Assembly (NCBI RefSeq): GCF_030384885.1
Contig: NZ_CP128613.1
Origin: Escherichia coli
GTDB lineage: Bacteria > Pseudomonadota > Gammaproteobacteria > Enterobacterales > Enterobacteriaceae
Length of the DNA: 64,000 bases
Direction: 5' to 3' (one strand)
Shown here: positions 16,481-27,383 of the stretch, piece after piece
Layout of the letters: every line of letters begins with the position of its first letter
Numbering within the stretch: the first letter of the stretch is position 1
Program-made: the position numbers and the translations under genes
The notes under the pieces: model-generated
Databases searched by the model: none
Seen by the model: the letters and a program-made list of their open reading frames with translations, nothing else
Told to the model about the DNA's origin: nothing

Positions 16481-18802
16481 TTAGTGGCAATCGCCAGTGG
16501 TGCTGGCTGCACAGCAACTGCTTACCGATTTGCGTGTTGCCAGCAGTTCGATATCGACCCGGCTACGTGCGCGACGCAGCAAACCGATAACCACGATGTT
16601 AAACAGGATAACCGCCAGAATGCACACCAGGCTGTAAGTTGGGTGCTGGCTGTAGCTGGCGACCTGGTAGAACAATGTTGCCAGTGAGTAAGCAATATTC
16701 AGCCCCCACAGGATGGAGAAGCCCATCCAGCCACGGCTTGATTCACGGGCGATGGCCCCCATCACCGAGATACACGGTACATACAGCAGAACGAAAATCA
16801 GGTAGCTGTAAGCAGCTGCTGCGCTTCCAAATTTCTGATCCATCACGCCCATCGCTCCGGTACCCATTTCACCGTCGCCTTTGCTCGCTTCAATGGGGTT
16901 CATCAGTACGCTAAGACTGAAGGTGTCTTTCAGACTCTGCCAGGTTTCATCTACCGCGCTGAATAGCTCTTCACCGAGGTTAAATTCCGCCGGATTGAAC
17001 TCTTCATCCTGAATATTTTCTGCGGTGTAGAGAGTGTTGAGCGTACCCACTACCACTTCTTTCGCCATTGCGCCCGTGAACAGGCCAACTGTTGCCTGCC
17101 AGTTATCTTCATGTACACCAATCGGCTTGAAGACCGGGGTGATCACCCGACTAACGGAAGCCAATGCGGAGTCGTTGATGTTATCGACGATTTTCCCGCT
17201 CAGAGAGAAGCTGTTGAAAGCGCTCAGGAAAATGCTGACGATGATAATCACTTTACCAGCACGCAGAACGAAACCTTTCAGACGCTGCCAGGTCTGGATA
17301 ATCAGGCTTTTAACGTGTGGTACATGGTAGACCGGTAGCTCCATGACAAACGGCGTCGCTTCACCGCGCATGATGGTGTACTTGAGCATCAGGCCAGTCA
17401 GCACCGCCATCACAATACCGAGCATATACAGCGAGAAGACCGCCAGCGCACCGTTCTGCCCGAAGAAGGCAGCCGCGAATACGGCGAAGATAGCCAGACG
17501 CGCGCCGCAGGACATAAACGGTGCCATCATGATGGTCATCAGACGTTCACGCGGTGCATCAAGCGTACGTGCGCCCATTACCGACGGTACGTTACAACCG
17601 AAACCAACGATCAGCGGTACAAAGGATTTCCCGGGCAAGCCCAGCGCCTGCATCAGACGGTCCATCACAAACGCCGCACGCGCCATATAGCCGGAGTCCT
17701 CGAGGAAGGAGAGGAACAGGTACATCATGCCGATCTGTGGCACCAGTGGCAGAACGGTGTTAATACCGCCCCCCAGGCCCTGGGCGAGGAAGATAGTCAG
17801 CCAGTCCGGGAAGTGGAGCGTGTAGCCAATCCACTGAATACCATGCACAAATAGCGCCACGGAGCCGACGTCAAACAGTGGCTGTAACGCCCCGCCGATG
17901 TTGATAGCCAACAGGAACATCAGGTACATCACAAAGAGGAAAATCGGCAGACCGAGGAAACGGTTGAGCACGATTTTATCTACCGCAGTGGTGAAACGGC
18001 TGGGTTCTGCCGTCAGGGTGTTGCTTACCACATCACAGATGGCAGCAATGCACTGGTAACGCGCATCGGCAATGTGCAGCGCCGGATCGTCCATCTCATT
18101 ACGCAGACGGGCGAGGGCGGCATCAAGATGCTGCGACGCTTCACCGGCGTAGGCGCGGCTGTAGATATCGCCTTCCAGCATTTGCAGGCCCAGCCAGCGA
18201 CGTTGTTTGAGCGGGATGTCGGAAGGCATCACTTTTGCCAGTGAATCTGCTTCGTTGAGCAGCGGCTGTGCGTAATGCACCAGTTCCACATTCTCGTTAG
18301 CTTTATAGCGATCAATCGCCAGCTTGAGCGCTTCAATACCGCGACCACGAGTTGAAACCAGCGGGATCACCGGGCAGCCAAGACGTGCCGACAGAGCATC
18401 AATTTCAATGCGAATATTTTGCTTCTCGGCAATGTCGAGCATGTTCAGCGCCACGATGCAGGGAATGCCGAGTTCCAGCAGTTGTAGCGTCAGGTACAGG
18501 TTACGCTCAAGGTTAGACGCATCCACCACGTTAATCAGCAGGTCAGCGTCGCCACTCAAAATGTAGTGACAGGCGATTTGCTCATCGAGCGAGGTCTGCG
18601 ATGAGATGGTGGTCAGAGAATAGGTGCCGGGGAGGTCCACCAGCGTGACCTGATGATCGGTGGTGGAGAATTGCCCTTCTTTACGTTCGACGGTAACGCC
18701 AGCCCAGTTACCTACACGCTGGCGCGCGCCGGTGAGCTGGTTAAATAAGGTTGTCTTGCCAGAATTTGGATTACCAATTAAGCCAATGGTTAATTTTTTC
18801 AT
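16481..18802 (-). CDS. feoB: Ferrous iron transporter FeoB (G-protein domain plus permease)
   Basis: [25 protein letters not shown]... with a GTP-binding P-loop; the track ORF begins 4 codons upstream. Confidence 0.95.
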   Translation of the reverse strand: MKKLTIGLIGNPNSGKTTLFNQLTGARQRVGNWAGVTVERKEGQFSTTDHQVTLVDLPGTYSLTTISSQTSLDEQIACHYILSGDADLLINVVDASNLERNLYLTLQLLELGIPCIVALNMLDIAEKQNIRIEIDALSARLGCPVIPLVSTRGRGIEALKLAIDRYKANENVELVHYAQPLLNEADSLAKVMPSDIPLKQRRWLGLQMLEGDIYSRAYAGEASQHLDAALARLRNEMDDPALHIADARYQCIAAICDVVSNTLTAEPSRFTTAVDKIVLNRFLGLPIFLFVMYLMFLLAINIGGALQPLFDVGSVALFVHGIQWIGYTLHFPDWLTIFLAQGLGGGINTVLPLVPQIGMMYLFLSFLEDSGYMARAAFVMDRLMQALGLPGKSFVPLIVGFGCNVPSVMGARTLDAPRERLMTIMMAPFMSCGARLAIFAVFAAAFFGQNGALAVFSLYMLGIVMAVLTGLMLKYTIMRGEATPFVMELPVYHVPHVKSLIIQTWQRLKGFVLRAGKVIIIVSIFLSAFNSFSLSGKIVDNINDSALASVSRVITPVFKPIGVHEDNWQATVGLFTGAMAKEVVVGTLNTLYTAENIQDEEFNPAEFNLGEELFSAVDETWQSLKDTFSLSVLMNPIEASKGDGEMGTGAMGVMDQKFGSAAAAYSYLIFVLLYVPCISVMGAIARESSRGWMGFSILWGLNIAYSLATLFYQVASYSQHPTYSLVCILAVILFNIVVIGLLRRARSRVDIELLATRKSVSSCCAASTTGDCH

Positions 18803-18818
18803 TGTTGTTATCACCGTA

Positions 18819-19046
18819 TTAACAGGAAACCGCTTCCACTTCTAATAAGGCCAGATCTTTTTTGCGTAATACCAGGCTCACACGACGGGTTTCGATATGA
18901 ATGGGGTCGCCAAGTGGAGCGACGCGCACCACATTAAAAGAGGAGCCAGGTAACATGCCAAGAGAAAGCAGTTTTTGGCGATATGCCGGGCTGATTTCAC
19001 GGGAAAAGCCAGTGATTTTCCACGCAGTATCTGGAGTGTATTGCAT
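18819..19046 (-). CDS. feoA: Ferrous iron transport protein FeoA
   Basis: 75 aa; [35 protein letters not shown]... Confidence 0.93.
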   Translation of the reverse strand: MQYTPDTAWKITGFSREISPAYRQKLLSLGMLPGSSFNVVRVAPLGDPIHIETRRVSLVLRKKDLALLEVEAVSC

Positions 19047-19156
19047 AGGTGCCTACTTGTTTCTCATTAACTGGATAACTACCTCATGGGGCGTTTGACA
19101 GCGACATGAGACCAGATGATTTGCCAACAAAGGAGAGATTAAATAATCAACAACAC

Positions 19157-19175
19157 AATGATAATGAGAATGGTT
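19157..19175. promoter_or_regulatory. Candidate Fur box upstream of feoA
   Basis: AATGATAATGAGAATGGTT resembles the GATAATGATAATCATTATC Fur consensus, about 110 bp upstream of the feoA ATG. Confidence 0.4.
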
Positions 19176-19235
19176 TCTATCAGCAATACTTAAAATGTGT
19201 GCGAATGTTGGTTTAGATAATAATCTGCGTGAATG

Positions 19236-19249
19236 TTGATGTGGCTCAA
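19236..19249. promoter_or_regulatory. Candidate FNR site upstream of feoA
   Basis: TTGAT-gtgg-CTCAA matches 9 of 10 positions of TTGAT-N4-ATCAA. Confidence 0.5.
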
Positions 19250-19380
19250 GGTTATATCGCAGCGAAAATATAATTCGAATGGCGAATTATCAGGGCGGGT
19301 TAATGTTTAATTAAGGTTTCATTTGTTAATTAAGTGATAAATATTGACGAAATATAGTGTGAGTTTCGTTGTGGAATAAA

Positions 19381-19410
19381 AATGCCGGAGATATTCTCCG
19401 GCATTTTTAT
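19381..19410. terminator. Bidirectional intrinsic terminator downstream of tex
   Basis: AAAAAT-GCCGGAGA-tattc-TCCGGC-ATTTTT: a hairpin flanked by A-run and T-run. Confidence 0.7.
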
Positions 19411-19429
19411 GTCAGGCATGGCGTTTATT

Positions 19430-19465
19430 GCCAGATGCGGCGTGAACGCCTGATCTGGCCTACGA
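19430..19465. repeat. REP (repetitive extragenic palindrome) element
   Basis: GCCAGATGCGGCGTGAACGCCTGATCTGGCCTAC resembles the REP consensus GCCGGATGCGGCGTGAACGCCTTATCCGGCCTAC. Confidence 0.7.
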
Positions 19466-19502
19466 TCTTGTGCAAATTCGAACCGTAGGCCAATCAGGAG
19501 GT

Positions 19503-21824
19503 TTAACGTTTTTTGCCCATTGCCGCCGCCAGCGCATCCATCATCGCGCTGTTACCGGCAGGCTGCGCTTCACGACCGCGTGGTTTGGCTGCCGGGCGGT
19601 TGTTTTGCGGGCGTTCATTACCGCCCCCGCGACGGGCGTTGGTTTCGCCAGGCTGCTCGTCCAGACGCATAGTCAGGGCGATACGTTTACGCTGAAGATC
19701 CACTTCCAGCACTTTCACCTTCACAATGTCGCCCGCTTTCACCACGGTATGCGGATCTTCCACAAACTTGTTCGACAATGAAGAGATGTGAACCAGGCCG
19801 TCCTGATGTACGCCAATATCGACAAACGCGCCAAAGTTGGTGACGTTGGTCACCGCACCTTCGAGGATCATACCCGGTTGCAGGTCGTTCATTGTCTCGA
19901 CGCCATCGGCAAACTGGGCGGTTTTAAATTCCGGACGCGGATCGCGACCCGGTTTTTCCAGCTCTTTGATGATGTCGGTTACCGTCGGCACACCGAATTT
20001 CTCATCAGTAAAGTCAGACGCTTTCAGGTTACGCAGTTCGCTGCTGTTACCCATCAGATCTTTCAGTGCCTGCTGTGTTGCTGCCAGAATGCGTTCCACC
20101 ACCGGATAGGCTTCCGGGTGAACAGTAGAGGCGTCCAGCGGGTTGTCACCGTGGTTAATGCGCAAGAAGCCTGCGCACTGCTCGAAGGCTTTTGGCCCCA
20201 GGCGGCTGACTTTTAACAGTTGCTGGCGGTTCTGGAACTGGCCGTTCTCATCGCGCCAGGCCACAATGTTTTGCGCCATCATGCGCGTCAGGCCCGCCAC
20301 GCGGGTTAACAGCGGAACGGAAGCGGTGTTGAGATCGACGCCAACGGCGTTTACGCAGTCTTCTACTACTGCATCCAGTTTGCGGGCCAGCTGCGTCTGG
20401 CTGACGTCATGCTGATACTGACCTACGCCGATAGATTTCGGATCGATTTTCACCAGCTCCGCCAGCGGATCCTGCAAACGACGGGCGATAGACACCGCGC
20501 CACGCAGCGAAACATCGAGATCCGGGAACTCCTGCGCTGCCAGCTCGGAAGCCGAGTAAACCGACGCGCCTGCTTCGCTGACGATCACTTTCTGTGCGGT
20601 CACTTTCGGAAACTGCTTCTGAACGTCGAGATAGAAACGCTCAGTTTCGCGGGAAGCCGTACCGTTACCGATTGCCACCAGTTCAACGTTATGTTTTTCA
20701 CACAAGGCAGCAACGGTCATCGCTGCTTTTGCGGCTTGTCCGGTGTGCGGATAAATGGTGTCGGTCGCCACCAGTTTACCCGTCGCATCGACTACCGCCA
20801 CTTTTACCCCGGTACGCAGACCCGGATCGAGGCCCATCGTCGCACGCAGTCCGGCTGGGGCCGCCATCAGCAGATCGTGCAGGTTACGGGCAAAGACGTT
20901 GATTGCTTCATCTTCTGCACGTTCGCGCACTGTACCCATCAGTTCGGTTTCCAGGTGCATCAGCACCTTGATGCGCCAGGTCCAGCTCACCACGCCTTTG
21001 CGCCAGCTATCCGCCGGGGCATTGTTCAGGCGCAGACCGAGGTGATCCATGATGATTTGCTCGCAATAGCTCTCTTTTGGCGGTTCGTCGAACTGCGGAT
21101 CGGCATTTAGCGAAAGCTGGAGTACGCCTTCGTTACGCCCACGGAACATCGCCAGCGCGCGGTGAGAAGGCACCGTTGACAGCGGTTCGTGATGATCGAA
21201 ATAGTCGCGGAATTTCGCCCCTTCCTCTTCTTTACCGTTCACCACCGTAGAAACCAAATGCGCGTTCTTCCACAGATAATCACGCACTTTCGCCAGCAGC
21301 GCGGCATCTTCGGCAAACCGTTCCATCAGGATATAGCGCGCGCCGTCCAGCGCGGCTTTGGTATCTGCTACGCCTTTATCGGCATCAACATATTGTGCAG
21401 CGGCGACTTCTGGCGTGTGCGACGGATCGTTCCACAGTAGGTCGGCCAGTGGCTCAAGTCCTGCTTCAATAGCAATTTGCCCGCGGGTGCGGCGTTTAGG
21501 TTTGTAGGGCAGGTAGAGGTCTTCGAGTTCGGTTTTGCTTAAGGTGGCGTTGATAGCATTCGCCAGCTCGTCGGTCAGTTTGCCTTGCTCGGAAATGGAC
21601 TTGAGGATTGCCTGACGTCTCTCTTCCAGCTCGCGCAAATAGCTCAGACGCGTTTCCAGATTACGCAGTTGCGTGTCATCCAGACCGCCGGTGATTTCCT
21701 TACGATAACGTGCGATAAACGGCACGGTATTCCCTTCGTCAAGCAGGCGAACGGCAGCGTCAACCTGTTCCGGGCGCGCCTGAATTTCACCCGCAATAAT
21801 GCGGCAGAACGAATCATTCATCAT
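19503..21824 (-). CDS. tex: Transcription accessory protein Tex (YhgF), S1 domain
   Basis: 773 aa; [43 protein letters not shown]... Confidence 0.95.
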   Translation of the reverse strand: MMNDSFCRIIAGEIQARPEQVDAAVRLLDEGNTVPFIARYRKEITGGLDDTQLRNLETRLSYLRELEERRQAILKSISEQGKLTDELANAINATLSKTELEDLYLPYKPKRRTRGQIAIEAGLEPLADLLWNDPSHTPEVAAAQYVDADKGVADTKAALDGARYILMERFAEDAALLAKVRDYLWKNAHLVSTVVNGKEEEGAKFRDYFDHHEPLSTVPSHRALAMFRGRNEGVLQLSLNADPQFDEPPKESYCEQIIMDHLGLRLNNAPADSWRKGVVSWTWRIKVLMHLETELMGTVRERAEDEAINVFARNLHDLLMAAPAGLRATMGLDPGLRTGVKVAVVDATGKLVATDTIYPHTGQAAKAAMTVAALCEKHNVELVAIGNGTASRETERFYLDVQKQFPKVTAQKVIVSEAGASVYSASELAAQEFPDLDVSLRGAVSIARRLQDPLAELVKIDPKSIGVGQYQHDVSQTQLARKLDAVVEDCVNAVGVDLNTASVPLLTRVAGLTRMMAQNIVAWRDENGQFQNRQQLLKVSRLGPKAFEQCAGFLRINHGDNPLDASTVHPEAYPVVERILAATQQALKDLMGNSSELRNLKASDFTDEKFGVPTVTDIIKELEKPGRDPRPEFKTAQFADGVETMNDLQPGMILEGAVTNVTNFGAFVDIGVHQDGLVHISSLSNKFVEDPHTVVKAGDIVKVKVLEVDLQRKRIALTMRLDEQPGETNARRGGGNERPQNNRPAAKPRGREAQPAGNSAMMDALAAAMGKKR

Positions 21825-21920
21825 GGTTTGAGTTCATCTTTTCGGATCAAAAATCAGGGGATAGTTATACGGACTGGCTGGCAAAAATGCCAGCCATCGG
21901 CAGGAGGTTAAGACTCTTCC

Positions 21921-22397
21921 TTACGGTTTCACGTACTCGATAGCATTAACATACCAGCTCGCTTCCCCGGCAGGGGTATTGACCACTGCCAGATCGCCCA
22001 CTTCTTTTTTCAGCAATGCGCGGGCCATTGGGGAATCGATAGAGATGTAATCTTTACGGCCAAAAATTTCATCGTAGCCGACAATGCGAAAACGGTGAGT
22101 CACGCCATCGTCGTTTTCAATCTCCACCCATGCGCCAAAAAAGACTTTGCCTTCCTGTTGCGGGGAGTAATCGACGATTTTGAGATTTTCCATGCATTTA
22201 GTGAGATAGCGCACGCGACGGTCGATTTCACGCAGACGCTTTTTATTATACTGATAGTCAGCATTTTCGCTGCGGTCGCCCAGACTTGCAGCCCAGGTCA
22301 CTTTTTTTGTGACCTCCGGGCGCTCTTCACGCCAGAGATAATTTAGCTCTTGTTTGAGTTTTTCATACCCTTCCCGGGTAACCAGGGGCGTTTTCAT
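21921..22397 (-). CDS. greB: Transcription elongation factor GreB
   Basis: Recognised protein begins MKTPLVTREGYEKLKQELNYLW... (158 aa); the track ORF starts 12 codons upstream. Confidence 0.93.
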   Translation of the reverse strand: MKTPLVTREGYEKLKQELNYLWREERPEVTKKVTWAASLGDRSENADYQYNKKRLREIDRRVRYLTKCMENLKIVDYSPQQEGKVFFGAWVEIENDDGVTHRFRIVGYDEIFGRKDYISIDSPMARALLKKEVGDLAVVNTPAGEASWYVNAIEYVKP

Positions 22398-22624
22398 CTC
22401 GTTGATTCCCTTTGTCTGTTTGATAATGCGCACATTGGGTATAACGTGATCATATCAACAGAATCAATAATGTTTCGCCGAATAAATTGTATACTTAAGC
22501 TGCTGTTTAATATGCTTTGTAACAATTTAGGCTGAAATTCATACCAGATTTAGCTGGTGACGAACGTAAGCTTTTTTAAGAATACACGCTTACAAATTGT
22601 TGCGAACCTTTGGGAGTACAAAGA

Positions 22625-24693
<2,069 letters not shown>

Positions 24694-24700
24694 ATAAAAC

Positions 24701-24730
24701 GGGAGGAGAAGGAGCCTCCTGTTTTATTTT
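24701..24730 (+). terminator. Probable intrinsic terminator after envZ
   Basis: AGGAG...CTCCT inverted repeat followed by GTTTTATTTT. Confidence 0.5.
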
Positions 24731-24856
24731 GTGCACTCAGTATCTACTGAATGAATACGGTCTCAGACATCGGCACCATACGAAGTAAAGTGTACTGTAA
24801 GCTGATTGCAGGCTAGCGTATCCTGATTAGTAAAAGCACACTAAAGGAATAGCTTG

Positions 24857-26140
24857 ATGCAACTTACCAACGAAGAACAAGTACAGATTGCTCGTATAAA
24901 AGAAAAAATCCCACGCATTGCCGCACTGGATCCTGAATGTAAGTTATTCGGTTCTGAAGGTTGGAAATATCAATGGCCGAAGCCTGCCAGCGAGGCGGAA
25001 ATAGCTTCCTGGGAGAAAAAACATAGCGTCACTTTGCCACGGGAATATCGAATTTTTCTTCGCTATATCGCTAATGGCGGTCCGGCACATGCCTACGGTC
25101 TTGAATCTTTAGGCGGTACAGATATTTATGGCGATATAACAAAAGAAAGCCCTGTACCGCTTTATATGACGCAGCAGGATGTTGATGTGTTGAATGCTGG
25201 CCGTACAGAAGATGATGAAGAATATAGTTTTTTTGACGGCGCATTGACCATTCTCACCCTGGGATGTACTTATGATATTTGCCTGGTGGTGACGGGGCAG
25301 TATCGCGGAAGGTTAATGCTGACTGATGGTGATGAAGATTATCCGTTTGATTTTATATATGATAAAAATTTCCTCAACTGGTATGAACGCTGGCTGGACG
25401 ATTTTATTGCTGGCATGAGTATGAAGGGTTTCGATAGAAGTTTGCCAGGAACGCAAATTCAACTGCGTGAGTGGTTTTTAACTGAGAAAATCCCGGATTT
25501 ACGTAGATCCATTTTATTCTCGCTATGCCGTTTTCCACAGATAGAACCCGAAACTTTTGCCCTTTGGGAACATGTTTGCCGTACAGAGAATGATAAAGAA
25601 TTGTGTGAAGAGGCATTCATAAGATTACGCCAAAAAAAAGTTTCTTGTGCTGCAGATATTTTTCGACTCTATTTTGCAATGTCAGATGAATTACGTGATA
25701 TTGCTATTAAAGATCTCCGTTTTGCCTGTAGAGATAGTGTGGTGAATATTGAGGATTATATTCATTCACTGTTAATAATAATGCCTGAACTTGACGATGA
25801 CACTCTATCCTCAGCTGTCTTTGCTATACGAGAAACAGAGTATAATAAATATGATACTTTTCTGCCGCTTCTCGAACGTATCACTGATGACCGTCAGCAA
25901 ACATTATTGTGGGCGATGAGTAAGGCGCCTGATTTCAATGAAAGCCGAGGATTCGTTGAGTTGGTATTACCGCTTTTTGCATCATCAAAGATGGAGAATG
26001 TAAGGAAGGCTATTTTGTTGCTCATTGAAGTTAAAGATAATCGTATTCCACCATTGGTTGATGAAGCTGCAACTCGTTTCCCTGAACTGACCATTTTACG
26101 AGAAAACTACTATCTCAGGACGTGGGGACATAAGCCATAA
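24857..26140 (+). CDS. Accessory protein: SMI1/KNR4 (SUKH-1)-like N-terminal domain plus about 230 aa helical C-terminal extension
   Basis: N-terminus carries the SMI1/KNR4 signature (EAEIASWEKKHSVTLPREYRIFLRYIANGG ... DYPFDFIYDKNFLNWYERWLDDF). ATG at 24857 has RBS AAGGA 9 bp upstream; the track used TTG at 24854. AT-richer than flanks by eye; no K-12 counterpart remembered at this locus. Confidence 0.7.
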   Translation: MQLTNEEQVQIARIKEKIPRIAALDPECKLFGSEGWKYQWPKPASEAEIASWEKKHSVTLPREYRIFLRYIANGGPAHAYGLESLGGTDIYGDITKESPVPLYMTQQDVDVLNAGRTEDDEEYSFFDGALTILTLGCTYDICLVVTGQYRGRLMLTDGDEDYPFDFIYDKNFLNWYERWLDDFIAGMSMKGFDRSLPGTQIQLREWFLTEKIPDLRRSILFSLCRFPQIEPETFALWEHVCRTENDKELCEEAFIRLRQKKVSCAADIFRLYFAMSDELRDIAIKDLRFACRDSVVNIEDYIHSLLIIMPELDDDTLSSAVFAIRETEYNKYDTFLPLLERITDDRQQTLLWAMSKAPDFNESRGFVELVLPLFASSKMENVRKAILLLIEVKDNRIPPLVDEAATRFPELTILRENYYLRTWGHKP

Positions 26141-26177
26141 ATTAATGGTTCAGAAATGATCTAACGCGGAGAAAAAT

Positions 26178-26708
26178 ATGATCAGGGAACATATTCAGCA
26201 AGCGATAAATAATAGGTTAGCATTTGATGGCCCATTCAATGTTGTTCCTGAACCTGCAAGCACTGCGTTTGATAGCCGGATCCCGACATTGAAAAACGGT
26301 GTCTGGCAGAAGGCCAGCCCTATGTTGCAGGCGCGTTTTGCACATTGTGGACGTTGGTTAAGCGCTACACATGGAAGCTGGCTAAGTATAAGTGACATGG
26401 AAACGCTTTGGCAGGAACACATAGAAGATACGTTTCTTGATGAAATCAAAATGAATGCTGTAGCTTCAAGTGATAATTGGGATAACCATGCCTTGGGACT
26501 ATTTCGTTCTCATCGCCTGTCACTTTTTGCCGGTAGTGATTACAGTTATGAAATGGTTTTTCTCCTTTGGCTAGATAGTACCGTTGAGCCAGAGGTCTGG
26601 GTTTATGACTGCAATGGGGAATCACGTTATAAAGATCTTAATGATTACCTGAATGCATATATTAATGATGACGTAAGCGCCTGTGAGCGCTCTTGGCGAG
26701 TAGAATGA
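26178..26708 (+). CDS. Accessory small protein (176 aa), uncharacterised, possibly SUKH/immunity-like
   Basis: C-terminal segment EPEVWVYDCNGESRYKDLNDYLNAYIND resembles the C-terminal block of SUKH-type proteins; RBS GGAG 7 bp upstream; same strand as and 37 bp after the preceding ORF. Confidence 0.55.
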   Translation: MIREHIQQAINNRLAFDGPFNVVPEPASTAFDSRIPTLKNGVWQKASPMLQARFAHCGRWLSATHGSWLSISDMETLWQEHIEDTFLDEIKMNAVASSDNWDNHALGLFRSHRLSLFAGSDYSYEMVFLLWLDSTVEPEVWVYDCNGESRYKDLNDYLNAYINDDVSACERSWRVE

Positions 26709-27331
26709 ATAGCCCCCCTTGCCCCTTTGATCCACAAACCGCACATTACCTCGGCACAGTGCAAATCCACTACACCTCAACCACCTTCAACGCTGCCGTT
26801 AAGCATTATACCTATCACATTAAAAAGCGTTTTAAAGGGGTTAAATGGGGAATTGGTACCGCTGGCTTATTGGCTATATTGCCCATGATCCCACAATGGT
26901 TGAAACCTTCTCATGACTTTAAACTCAACGCAATCAGTACGTTAATTCTTCTATTAATGTTGCCACTCCTCTTATCAATGTTCCTGTTAATCAGCAGAAG
27001 AATTAACGATTTTAAGTCAAAAACAAAGCAAGTTACTTTTACGAAACCCGTGCGTTATGCGTTTTATTTCGAGGGGATTGTTTTTTATGAATCTCATCAG
27101 CAGGGCATACTTCGCTGGGAAGATTTTTATGGCATTGAGTATGAAGAAGATTATTTGTGGCTTTTTCTGCATTTACCGAAGAGTTTTCCCAGAGAAGCGA
27201 CGAAAGCGTTTTGCGATATTTTCATTCCCACCAGTGCGATAAAAGCGCAGCCTGAACTGGATACGTTTTTTCGTGAAACACGCCACTCGCTGGATTATCT
27301 GTTTGTCCCGTTTAATTCTGACAGAAAATAA
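26705..27331 (+). CDS. Accessory membrane protein, YcxB-like (two TM helices plus C-terminal bPH-like domain)
   Basis: ATG at 26705 overlaps the upstream TGA stop (ATGA); the track used TTG at 26693. Two hydrophobic helices (WGIGTAGLLAILPMIPQWL; ISTLILLLMLPLLLSMFLLI) then ...ILRWEDFYGIEYEEDYLWLFLHLPKSF..., typical of YcxB-like proteins. Confidence 0.6.
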   Translation: MNSPPCPFDPQTAHYLGTVQIHYTSTTFNAAVKHYTYHIKKRFKGVKWGIGTAGLLAILPMIPQWLKPSHDFKLNAISTLILLLMLPLLLSMFLLISRRINDFKSKTKQVTFTKPVRYAFYFEGIVFYESHQQGILRWEDFYGIEYEEDYLWLFLHLPKSFPREATKAFCDIFIPTSAIKAQPELDTFFRETRHSLDYLFVPFNSDRK

Positions 27332-27334
27332 CAT

Positions 27335-27362
27335 ATCCCCCGTATCTGGTGAAACGGGGGAT
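27335..27362 (-). terminator. Hairpin terminator downstream of pckA, at the island boundary
   Basis: ATCCCCCGT-atctggtgaa-ACGGGGGAT, a 9 bp stem followed on the minus strand by ATGTTATTTTCT. Confidence 0.6.
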
Positions 27363-27383
27363 TTCGTCGCTTAACTTATCGGA

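Noticed and set aside
20409-21110. 233 aa plus-strand ORF inside tex
   Set aside because: Antisense to tex, which is strongly supported.
24854-24856. TTG start used by the ORF track for the first island ORF, and TTG at 26693 for the third
   Set aside because: Adjacent ATGs (24857 and 26705) have better RBS spacing or stop/start coupling, so the ATG starts are preferred.
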